Shown here: positions 56,219-64,000 of the stretch, piece after piece
Numbering within the stretch: the first letter of the stretch is position 1
How the letters are laid out: every line of letters starts with the position of its first letter
From: Parcubacteria bacterium C7867-007
GTDB taxonomy: Bacteria; Patescibacteriota; Minisyncoccia; Phycocordibacterales; Phycocordibacteraceae
NCBI GenBank assembly: GCA_001189195.1
Contig: LFCQ01000002.1
Span: 68,997 to 132,996, forward strand
Length of the DNA: 64,000 bases
Reading direction: 5' to 3'
The notes under the pieces: model-generated
Seen by the model: the letters and a program-made list of their open reading frames with translations, nothing else
The model's database searches: none
Told to the model about the DNA's origin: nothing
Made by a program: the position numbers and the translations under genes

Positions 56219-58405
56219 TTAGTAGTTGTCTTCGTCTGGGGTCTCTGCGGGAGTACTTCCACTATTGCCGGAGAGTACATCACGCGGGCGTGAACCGTCT
56301 GCAGGACCGATGACCCCCTTTTCCTCAAGGATATCCATAAGGCGTGCAGCACGTGAGTATCCAATTCGAAGCTTACGTTGTAGGTATGATGTCGATGCAC
56401 GTCCTGCTTCCTCAACCGCTGCCTTTGCTTCTACATAGAGATCGTCATCAACATCTTCGTCACCCCCTGAAAGCATAATTGCGTCATTTGGTGCTTCCTG
56501 CACAGCTCCTCCGGTACCCGTACCAAGATCCAGACCTCCTAGAGTGCCTGCATTGTGCTGCTTAATATAAGACACAACCTTCTTAACTTCGGTCTCACTT
56601 ATATATGCCGTCTGAATACGAACCGGCTTCTGCATGTCTGCAGATTGGTAGAGCATGTCTCCTGAACCAAGCAGGAGTTCGGCGCCAGAACCATCAAGAA
56701 TAGTGCGTGAGTCGATTTGGCTCGCTACCTGGAGTGCCATACGCGTAGGAACGTTTGCCTTAATGAGACCCGTAATCACGTTCACGGAAGGTCGTTGGGT
56801 AGAGAGTACGAGGTGAATACCAACTGCACGAGACATCTGCGCAAGACGTACAATCGCAGCCTCAAGTTCACGAGGGTAGGTCTGCATAATATCTGCGAGC
56901 TCATCAATAACGATGACAATGTACGGCATTGCTTCAGGTATCTCTGCCTTGCCTCGCTTCTTTGCAGGCTCGAATACTGTTTTATGGTAGGAATCAATGT
57001 CACGAACCTGCTCCTCTTCAAGAATGGTGTACCGACGATCCATTTCCTTCGCAGCCCACTTAAGTGCCATGATGCACTTCTTTGGGTCAGTGATAACAGG
57101 AGTTAGAAGGTGGGGGATACCATTATATAGAGTTAGCTCAACGCGCTTCGGGTCAACCATGATGAATCGAAGCTGATTGGGACCGTTACGGTACAAGAGG
57201 GAGGTGATAACTGCATGGATTGCAACTGACTTTCCAGAACCGGTAGCACCAGCAATAAGGCCGTGAGGCATCTTTGCAATGTTTACGTAATGAGGAGTAC
57301 CTGCGATATCACGACCAAGACCTGCCAAGATTGGCTTGGTACTGGTGTTCCACTCAGGAGCAGAAAGTACGCCCCCAAGACCCACCATTGCTTTAGAAGC
57401 ATTAGGAACCTCAATACCAACGAGTGACTTGCCTGGGATTGGTGCTTCGATACGAACAGGGTGTGCTGCAAGAGCGAGCTCGAGGTTCTGCTGCAAAGCG
57501 ACAATCTTCTGCAGACGAACTCCCTCAGCAGGTTTGATTGCATAGCGCGTAACGGTAGGGCCAACTGACACTTCATCCATCTCCACCGAGATACCAAAGT
57601 TCTGGAATGTCCTCTTAATGATATTTGCGTTTGCCTTAATATCGCCAACACCTGGTTTGCCCTTGTCTTCCCCAAGAAGGGAAACCGGGGGTGCATCATA
57701 TTCGGCATCAAAGTTTGGAATTGCCGTACTTGGACTAGAAATATTCTCAGGACGATTAAAATGAGTGATCGTTGGTTCGCGTTCTTCTCCAGGCTGTTCC
57801 CCAGAGCCCACTTCAGGTTCCTCAAAGTGTTCTCCTGTTTCTTCAGAATCATCACCATCTGTTTCACCCGAAGACTTACGATTTGGAAGGCGTACAGAGC
57901 CAATTGCATTTCCCGCGCGCGCCCCCATGTTACCAATTGCCTGAGCAAGGACGACAATATCGGTGACTATTCCTACGCCAACCAATATGAGTGCGAAGAG
58001 AAGAATGAGTGCTCCCCATAGTCCGAAGAATTGTTCTGCTGCATGCCCTGCGTACAAACCAGCAGTGCCACCTAGATTGGTTGAAAGGTTCTGGGTAAGG
58101 ATGCCGAGTAGGGTGATTGTGGAGAAAACAATCAAAGTGATACCTGCTGCAGTTAGAGGACTAACTAGCATGCGTTCCATGATGATCGCAATCCCAATGA
58201 GGATGATCAGGATAGGGAGGAGGAATGCCCCCACTCCAATGGTTCCAAACGCAAAACCAAATACTGCTGCACCTGCAATACCTGCTAATCCGAATGCACC
58301 TAGGAGCAAAATAAGCCCTAAACAAATTAGGAGAATTGAGGTGATCCATTTAACGAGGGCACGGGAGTTTTCCGTGTCTCTTTTCTTGCTCTTTCGTTTT
58401 GCCAT
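56219..58405 (-). CDS. ftsK: DNA translocase FtsK
   Basis: N-terminal TMs, GATGSGKS, DPKRVEL, IDELAD, TQRPSV, gamma domain LQRKLRIGYSRAARLMD. Confidence 0.96.
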   Translation of the reverse strand: MAKRKSKKRDTENSRALVKWITSILLICLGLILLLGAFGLAGIAGAAVFGFAFGTIGVGAFLLPILIILIGIAIIMERMLVSPLTAAGITLIVFSTITLLGILTQNLSTNLGGTAGLYAGHAAEQFFGLWGALILLFALILVGVGIVTDIVVLAQAIGNMGARAGNAIGSVRLPNRKSSGETDGDDSEETGEHFEEPEVGSGEQPGEEREPTITHFNRPENISSPSTAIPNFDAEYDAPPVSLLGEDKGKPGVGDIKANANIIKRTFQNFGISVEMDEVSVGPTVTRYAIKPAEGVRLQKIVALQQNLELALAAHPVRIEAPIPGKSLVGIEVPNASKAMVGLGGVLSAPEWNTSTKPILAGLGRDIAGTPHYVNIAKMPHGLIAGATGSGKSVAIHAVITSLLYRNGPNQLRFIMVDPKRVELTLYNGIPHLLTPVITDPKKCIMALKWAAKEMDRRYTILEEEQVRDIDSYHKTVFEPAKKRGKAEIPEAMPYIVIVIDELADIMQTYPRELEAAIVRLAQMSRAVGIHLVLSTQRPSVNVITGLIKANVPTRMALQVASQIDSRTILDGSGAELLLGSGDMLYQSADMQKPVRIQTAYISETEVKKVVSYIKQHNAGTLGGLDLGTGTGGAVQEAPNDAIMLSGGDEDVDDDLYVEAKAAVEEAGRASTSYLQRKLRIGYSRAARLMDILEEKGVIGPADGSRPRDVLSGNSGSTPAETPDEDNY

Positions 58406-58545
58406 GTACGCATATTTTACCACCTTGTTTGACACAGCGATCATTTCACACTGATACGCACAAAAGACAGATCTAAAAAGCTTTCCAAAGACACGGGGAG
58501 GGGTATACTTGTCCTTGACGACCAAGAAATCTATATAAGACATTC

Positions 58546-59352
58546 ATGGGAGACAAAGGACAAATCAAAGACACACAGGTATCTAAGACGCATGATAATA
58601 AGGCGTCTAATACTGATTTCGTCCTAGAAAAGAGCATATTCTCAAACATATTTGAAAAGGACATACGTAGAGTTTATATCTACAAGAAGGCTGAACGTCT
58701 CGCAAAAGCCATTCATCTTGTTGCTCCTGCCTTTAGAAATTCACCCGCACTTCGTGACCGAATGGACCACGTTGCGGTGGGGCTAGTAGATGCTGCGATA
58801 CTTCCCCCAGGCTCAGCGCGTGACGCACTTTCCCGTGAACTTCTTGCGCTCTCAAGTGTGCTCTCAATAGGGCGCACGGGAGGACTCCTTTCAGGTATGA
58901 ATGCTGAACTGATCGCACGTGAGGCACACCTGCTCCTTCAGGAAATTGCAGCATATGAAGAACCACGACTCTTCCTTGATGACGCACCCTCGCTTGCTGA
59001 GCTTGCTAAGGAACTTGCCTCAGAGCGGCATCACACGGCACAGAGTGTTCGCTCTGCGACACCGTATGATCTGGTTGCAGCACATTCTCCAAAGTCTTCA
59101 CCTGAGAGACCAGTCTCTACTCCTAAAGGACAGATAAAGGACAAACAGAGCGTATCGGACAAAAATACTGAACGCCAGGAAGCAATTATTTCAGTACTGA
59201 GATCAAAGGGCCCTTCCTATATAAAGGATGTTTCAACTGTTATCAGAGATGTGAGTGAAAAGACTATTCAGAGGGAATTACAGACCCTCGTTGAACAGGG
59301 GATTGTGGTTCGAAGTGGAGAAAGACGTTGGACTACCTACGCTCTTTCATAA
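58546..59352 (+). CDS. Hypothetical protein with C-terminal DeoR-type winged HTH
   Basis: RQEAIISVL..IKDVS....VSEKTIQRELQTLV..G.....GERRWTTY. Confidence 0.75.
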   Translation: MGDKGQIKDTQVSKTHDNKASNTDFVLEKSIFSNIFEKDIRRVYIYKKAERLAKAIHLVAPAFRNSPALRDRMDHVAVGLVDAAILPPGSARDALSRELLALSSVLSIGRTGGLLSGMNAELIAREAHLLLQEIAAYEEPRLFLDDAPSLAELAKELASERHHTAQSVRSATPYDLVAAHSPKSSPERPVSTPKGQIKDKQSVSDKNTERQEAIISVLRSKGPSYIKDVSTVIRDVSEKTIQRELQTLVEQGIVVRSGERRWTTYALS

Positions 59353-59584
59353 GGAACACCAAACTCATTTAAAGAAGTCCTTCGTTGACTTTCTTCATGA
59401 AAACACCTATGCTTTGGGCTTGGGATAGCAGGAGAAATCTACCCAGATTTCCGGTTATCCACATTCGCGTATAGCTGTTTAGCACCTGCAGCTCTGTATA
59501 CTTATACGGTACACAGAACGCATGGGGCGTAACGCTGAAACGGTTGAACGTTGACATTAACCAGGGCTTCACTTTAGTTCTGCT

Positions 59585-59920
59585 AAAGAGACTCTGGACA
59601 TAGTGCTCAGCAAAAGCACAAATTGCTCGTCGCGTAAGAAGCGGCGAGCTTGCCCGTCCTCTCTAAAGGAGTGCGGGCATTCAGCACGGAAGCACTATAC
59701 CGATATGGATGGACACAGATAGCTAACTGAATTTTGCCAACTAGCCGATGGGGCGTGGGTCGATACTACGTCTTGTCGGGTAGTAAAGGAATGTTCAAAC
59801 CGGTGACTCTCTTCGGAGTTTCATTGATTACAAAAATTGTAAGCGGGTGTGTGCGATGCACTTTTAGTATTTATCGCACCGCACACGCTTCGTTCAAAAA
59901 CTAAATTAAAAATCGCAATT
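59585..59920 (+). promoter_or_regulatory. Long structured 5' leader or ncRNA upstream of the S-layer-like gene
   Basis: TTGACA at 59551; multiple hairpins and a long-range ATAGTGCT/AGCACTAT pairing. Confidence 0.5.
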
Positions 59921-61915
59921 ATGAATATTGCAAACACAAACGTAGTTGCAAAGATCGCAGCAGTCGTCGCAGGTCTCGGCCTCGTCGCTATGTCCTTTGC
60001 TCCTGCAGTGAAAGCTGATACGACTTCTGACCTTCAGGCTCAGATCGCATCTCTTCTCGCTCAGATCTCATCGCTCCAGTCTCAGCTCGGTACTTCTACC
60101 GGCGGAAGCGCAAGCGTCACGTTCTCTAAGGACCTTACTCTAGGTTCTCAGGGTGCTGATGTTACTGCTCTTCAGAACTGGCTTATCAGCAAGGGCTTCG
60201 CAATCTCAGCTGGCGCAACTGGATACTTCGGTGCACAGACTCAGGCAGCTCTTGGTGCATACCAGGCTTCTGTAGGCATCTCGCCAGCAGCTGGTTACTT
60301 TGGCCCGGTTACCCGCGCTAAGGTAAACGCAGCAGCAGGTTCAACAGGTGGCAGCACCGGCGGTTCAACCGGCGGTACTTCAACTGGAGGACTTTCTGGT
60401 GGTGAAGCAGACATCGACAACGACTTCGACCTCACCGCTGGTGATGACCTCATGGAGGGTGACTCTGATGCGGAAATCGCTATCGTAGAGTTCGATGTTG
60501 AAGGTGGTGATGCTCGCATCCAGCGCCTTACCGTTGACATGACTCCTGTTCTCGCAGCAGCTTCTGCTAACGAGCATCCTTGGGAGTACATCGAGACTCT
60601 TTCTGTCTACAGCGGCAGCAAGAAGGTAGGTGATGTAGACGCAGGTTCGAAGGGTGACTGGGATGATCAGGACAACGATTCTGACCATGTTGGTTCTCTC
60701 GACTTCTACACAATCGACATTCCTCTCGACCTAGTCGTAGAGGAAGGCGACATGGTAGAGCTCTCGATCCGTGCAGACGCACAGTCAACCATCGACACTG
60801 GTGACCTTGATCAGACTTTCGAGATCACTGTCCCTGAGGACGGCGTTCGCGCAACTGACTCAATGGGTATCCAGCAGTACACAGGTTCTGACAGCGACCA
60901 CGTAACCATCGGATTCGATGCGGCTGAGGACGGTGACATCACTGTTCGTGAGTCTTCTGACAATCCAGATGCAAGCGTTCTCGTAGCTGACGACACTGAT
61001 ACTTCGGAGGAATTCGAGGTACTCAAGGGTGAGTTCGACAACAATGATGATGCTGATGCTCAGCTCAACAGCCTCACCTTCCATGTTGCAACTACAACCG
61101 CTTCAGGCAGCTCAGCAGCTGATATCTCTGATATCATCCGCCGCGCAACGCTTACGATCGGTGGTGAGGAGTTCGACGGTGATATCAACACTGATAACAC
61201 TATCGACTTCGATGACCTTGAAGAGACCATTATTGGCGGAGACGAGACAGTTGAATTCACCGTATCGGTTGAACTCTACGGTCAGTCTGGCCACTACGCA
61301 TCTTCAGGTGAGTCCCTTACATTCTCTATCAACTCGAACACTTCGGGTGATCTAGATCTTGAAGGCCTCGACACTGGTGATGCATCAGATCTATCTGGTT
61401 CTATCACTGGTAACAAGCAGTCCATCTCGGTTGACGCAGGTATCAATGTAGACGGCACCAGCATGACTGGTTCACAGGTTTACAACGACACTGCTGTTTC
61501 ATCGAGCTACGGAACCTTCACTCTCAAGTTCGACGTAACTGCAGACGGTGACGATGTGTACGTACCTAAGACTGTTGAGGCGATCTCGTCTTCAACAACT
61601 GCAGGTACCAACACTGGTGTTGTGATCATCACTGACCTCAACGCTTCAACCACTTCTGCAACTTCAGTAACAGCTTCTCTATCAACTTCGGCTGACTCAG
61701 AGAACGCTAACTACTACGTTGTTCGTGATGGTGACACTGAAAGCTTCACTGTAACGGTAACAATCAATCCTACCGCTACTGGTGACTTCCAGGTTGGTCT
61801 TGATCGCGTACGCTTCAACACCACCTCTTCAACCTTCACTGGTCTTCAGACCCTTGATGTTGACGAGACTGATGATGAATTCCGCACCGATCCAGTAAAC
61901 GTCCGCAACAGCTAA
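59921..61915 (+). CDS. Secreted S-layer-like surface protein with peptidoglycan-binding domain
   Basis: Signal peptide, LQAQIASLLAQI coil, LTLGSQGADVTALQ..GYFGAQT..YQ..GYFGPVTRA, very acidic beta-rich body, strong codon bias. Confidence 0.8.
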   Translation: MNIANTNVVAKIAAVVAGLGLVAMSFAPAVKADTTSDLQAQIASLLAQISSLQSQLGTSTGGSASVTFSKDLTLGSQGADVTALQNWLISKGFAISAGATGYFGAQTQAALGAYQASVGISPAAGYFGPVTRAKVNAAAGSTGGSTGGSTGGTSTGGLSGGEADIDNDFDLTAGDDLMEGDSDAEIAIVEFDVEGGDARIQRLTVDMTPVLAAASANEHPWEYIETLSVYSGSKKVGDVDAGSKGDWDDQDNDSDHVGSLDFYTIDIPLDLVVEEGDMVELSIRADAQSTIDTGDLDQTFEITVPEDGVRATDSMGIQQYTGSDSDHVTIGFDAAEDGDITVRESSDNPDASVLVADDTDTSEEFEVLKGEFDNNDDADAQLNSLTFHVATTTASGSSAADISDIIRRATLTIGGEEFDGDINTDNTIDFDDLEETIIGGDETVEFTVSVELYGQSGHYASSGESLTFSINSNTSGDLDLEGLDTGDASDLSGSITGNKQSISVDAGINVDGTSMTGSQVYNDTAVSSSYGTFTLKFDVTADGDDVYVPKTVEAISSSTTAGTNTGVVIITDLNASTTSATSVTASLSTSADSENANYYVVRDGDTESFTVTVTINPTATGDFQVGLDRVRFNTTSSTFTGLQTLDVDETDDEFRTDPVNVRNS

Positions 61916-62009
61916 TTCTGACGAGAGTAATCTCATCAGCTACTAGCTAGCAGATAGCAAAAGCCCCGCGAAAGCGGGGCTTTTGCGTTATATGGTATTC
62001 TCTTGGTAT

Positions 62010-62144
62010 ATGGCACTTGAGCCGCAAGACAAGAAGGAGTTTCAAGCCTCCATACTCCATTTCATGAGCTTCACGGGTGGATTCCTCATAATCCTCACGG
62101 TCGCTCTTTCTCTTTTCACATACACTTCTGCAACTGGGGTGTAG
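62010..62144 (+). CDS. 44-aa single-TM small protein (not in the ORF track)
   Basis: MALEPQDKKEFQASILHFMSFTGGFLIILTVALSLFTYTSATGV*; TATTCT -10 box just upstream. Confidence 0.5.
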   Translation: MALEPQDKKEFQASILHFMSFTGGFLIILTVALSLFTYTSATGV

Positions 62145-62189
62145 GCAAAGGATTTGCACATAGAGCCTCTTCGTCGTATAGTCCTTGGG

Positions 62190-62335
62190 TACGGACCGAA
62201 GACAGCGAGCATCCTTGCCCAAAGGCAGGGAAGAAGTCTCGCCGAGGGAAGGACACTAATCGCCCAGCGATTTCTGTCTGACTTGTCTCCATAAACGGTC
62301 CACGCAGCAATGCGCGGACCGTTCCCGTTTCGTAC
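62190..62335 (+). promoter_or_regulatory. L10 leader (ribosomal protein autoregulatory RNA)
   Basis: CCGAAGACAGCGAG...CTCGCCGAGG core directly upstream of rplJ. Confidence 0.75.
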
Positions 62336-62351
62336 ATAACAAACCCAGCAC

Positions 62352-62846
62352 ATGGCAATTACCAAACAGAAGAAAGAGGATATCGTCGGCAAGATCGGCG
62401 AAGCGCTCGAAAATGCGGCTTCGGTCGTATTCGTGCACTTCAAGGGTCTTTCGGTGGCAGACACCTCTGCAATGCGTAAGAGCTTGAAGGGTGAGGGTAT
62501 TGGTTACTATGTAGCCAAGAAAACTCTCCTTCGTCGCGCGCTTGAAGCGAAGGGCTACACAGGATCAATTCCGGAACTTCCGGGTGAGATCGCAGTAGCG
62601 TGGAGCGATGCAGATGTAACTAGCGCACCACGCGGAATCTTCGAACATGGCAAGAAGCACAAGGATGCGCTCTCTATCGTTGGTGGTGTATTTGATGGTT
62701 CATACCTCGATGCACGCGCAATGCTAGCAGTAGCTACTATCCCGCCGGTACCGGTACTTCGTGGCATGTTCGTCAACGTGATCAACAGCCCTATCCAGGG
62801 TCTCGTGATCGCGCTCGACCAGATTGCGCAGAAGAAGTCAGCATAA
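62352..62846 (+). CDS. rplJ: 50S ribosomal protein L10
   Basis: [25 protein letters not shown]; upstream of rplL. Confidence 0.95.
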   Translation: MAITKQKKEDIVGKIGEALENAASVVFVHFKGLSVADTSAMRKSLKGEGIGYYVAKKTLLRRALEAKGYTGSIPELPGEIAVAWSDADVTSAPRGIFEHGKKHKDALSIVGGVFDGSYLDARAMLAVATIPPVPVLRGMFVNVINSPIQGLVIALDQIAQKKSA

Positions 62847-62874
62847 CCCTTACAAACGTTTTACTTACAACTAT

Positions 62875-63366
62875 ATGGATGAAGAAATGAAGGATGAGAC
62901 CGTGGTAGAGGCTTCGGAGGACACCACACTCCCTACGGTAGAAGAGACTCCTGTTGCTGCAGCTCCTGCAGCAGAGGAGGCAGAGGTAGAAGTACCTGCT
63001 AAGTTCAAGAAGATCGTCTCTGAAATTGAGGAGATGAGTGTCATGGAGCTTTCTGAGCTCGTGAAGGTCTTCGAGAAGAAGTTCGGTGTATCAGCAGCTG
63101 CAGTAGCAGTAGCTGGACCGGCAGCAGGTGGTGCAGCAGGTGGTGAGGACGAGAAGTCCACAGCAACTGTTGAGCTTACTGATGCAGGTGCAAACAAGAT
63201 TTCTGTGATCAAGGTGGTCAAGGAAGTGCTTGCACTCGGACTCAAGGAAGCAAAGGATCTCGTTGACGGCGTACCTAGCGTTCTCAAGGAGAACATCAGC
63301 AAGGACGAAGCAAATGAGCTCAAGAAGAAGCTCGAGGAAGCTGGTGCAAAGGTTACTCTCAAGTAA
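62875..63366 (+). CDS. rplL: 50S ribosomal protein L7/L12 with acidic N-terminal extension
   Basis: [38 protein letters not shown]. Confidence 0.95.
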   Translation: MDEEMKDETVVEASEDTTLPTVEETPVAAAPAAEEAEVEVPAKFKKIVSEIEEMSVMELSELVKVFEKKFGVSAAAVAVAGPAAGGAAGGEDEKSTATVELTDAGANKISVIKVVKEVLALGLKEAKDLVDGVPSVLKENISKDEANELKKKLEEAGAKVTLK

Positions 63367-63501
63367 TCTAGTCAGTATCTATCGTATAAAGGACATGCCC
63401 CGCAAATGCGGGGCATGTCCTTTATTATTTGGTATCCCCGAAGTGCATGTCGTCAAGACTTGTGCCCAGCTATAAAAGACAGGTACAATGCCTTCACTTC
63501 C

Positions 63502-64000
63502 ATGGATCCTCTTGCACGCCTGTTTGGTTCATTTGCTCGCCTCAAACTCCTTCGTCTCTTCCTATTTAATGACGATACAGCGTTTGGTGTCGCTGATATG
63601 GCATTTCGCACCAAGACTCCAAAAGATCAGGTACGAAAAGAAATAACGCAGCTCCTTGCCTCTGAAGTAATTCGTAAGCGCACAGGAAAGGGAACTGCAG
63701 CATACATCGCAAACAAACGATTCACTCATTATGAAGCGCTTACCGCATTCATGCGCGCAACTACTGACCTAAACGATGCAGATATAGTTTCAATACTTAA
63801 GAAGGCGGGTGCACTTCGTTTGGTTGCAATGTCCGGACTCTTTACAGGTGCAATTGAAACAAAGATTGATCTATTAATAGTGGGGGACAATCTCGATGAT
63901 AAGCACCTTGAGTCAGCAGTACATTCTCTTGAGGCACACTTTGGACGCGAACTCTCCTATGCGGCATTTACCACCCAGGATTTCCGGTATCGCGTAGGGG
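63502..64000 (+). CDS. Winged-HTH plus nucleotidyltransferase-like protein, 3' end runs off window
   Basis: MDPLARLFGSFARLKLLRLFLFN..., IDLLIVGD. Confidence 0.65.
   Translation, partial: MDPLARLFGSFARLKLLRLFLFNDDTAFGVADMAFRTKTPKDQVRKEITQLLASEVIRKRTGKGTAAYIANKRFTHYEALTAFMRATTDLNDADIVSILKKAGALRLVAMSGLFTGAIETKIDLLIVGDNLDDKHLESAVHSLEAHFGRELSYAAFTTQDFRYRVG

Noticed and set aside
59455-59463. Replication origin
   Set aside because: Only one perfect DnaA box; no box cluster, obvious unwinding element or dnaA gene nearby.
60330-60405. Short tandem repeats in the S-layer-like gene
   Set aside because: They encode an ordinary GGST linker with varied codons, not a DNA-level repeat system.

Overview
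A 64-kb chromosomal segment of a small-genome bacterium, most likely Patescibacteria/CPR (Parcubacteria-like). This is inferred from nusG-rplK with no following rplA, a short YebC, IleRS with a histidine-phosphatase insert, tRNA-Arg(GCG), and type IV pilus genes. Most of the window is housekeeping: recombination and repair (ruvABC, recA, recO, polA, holA, ftsK), aminoacyl-tRNA synthetases, ribosomal proteins, pilB and pilMNO, a dcd/thyX/glyA cluster, six tRNAs and an S-layer-like protein. The most striking feature is an unannotated gene-cassette array between yebC and ruvB (about 2.4-5.8 kb). A 24-bp leading site (A) is followed by seven direct copies of a 29-bp site (B, GGTTCCAACATCGTCCCAGACTGCCAGCA). 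These delimit seven unrelated 270-790 bp cassettes, most with their own promoter and terminator. One cassette encodes a (xIGDGGSx)5 micro-peptide and one appears non-coding. A one-cassette copy of the same A/B architecture lies in inverted orientation next to tRNA-Lys (14.8-15.2 kb). Both sites resemble tRNA 3' ends, and no integrase or cas gene is present in the window. Other oddities are a 5' half tRNA-His fused to a headless mscL, an internally deleted secE, a nonsense-interrupted LAGLIDADG gene with a start-sequestering hairpin, an orphan MazF-like gene with an antisense promoter, and two candidate structured RNAs. All calls come from reading the sequence by eye; no database searches were run.
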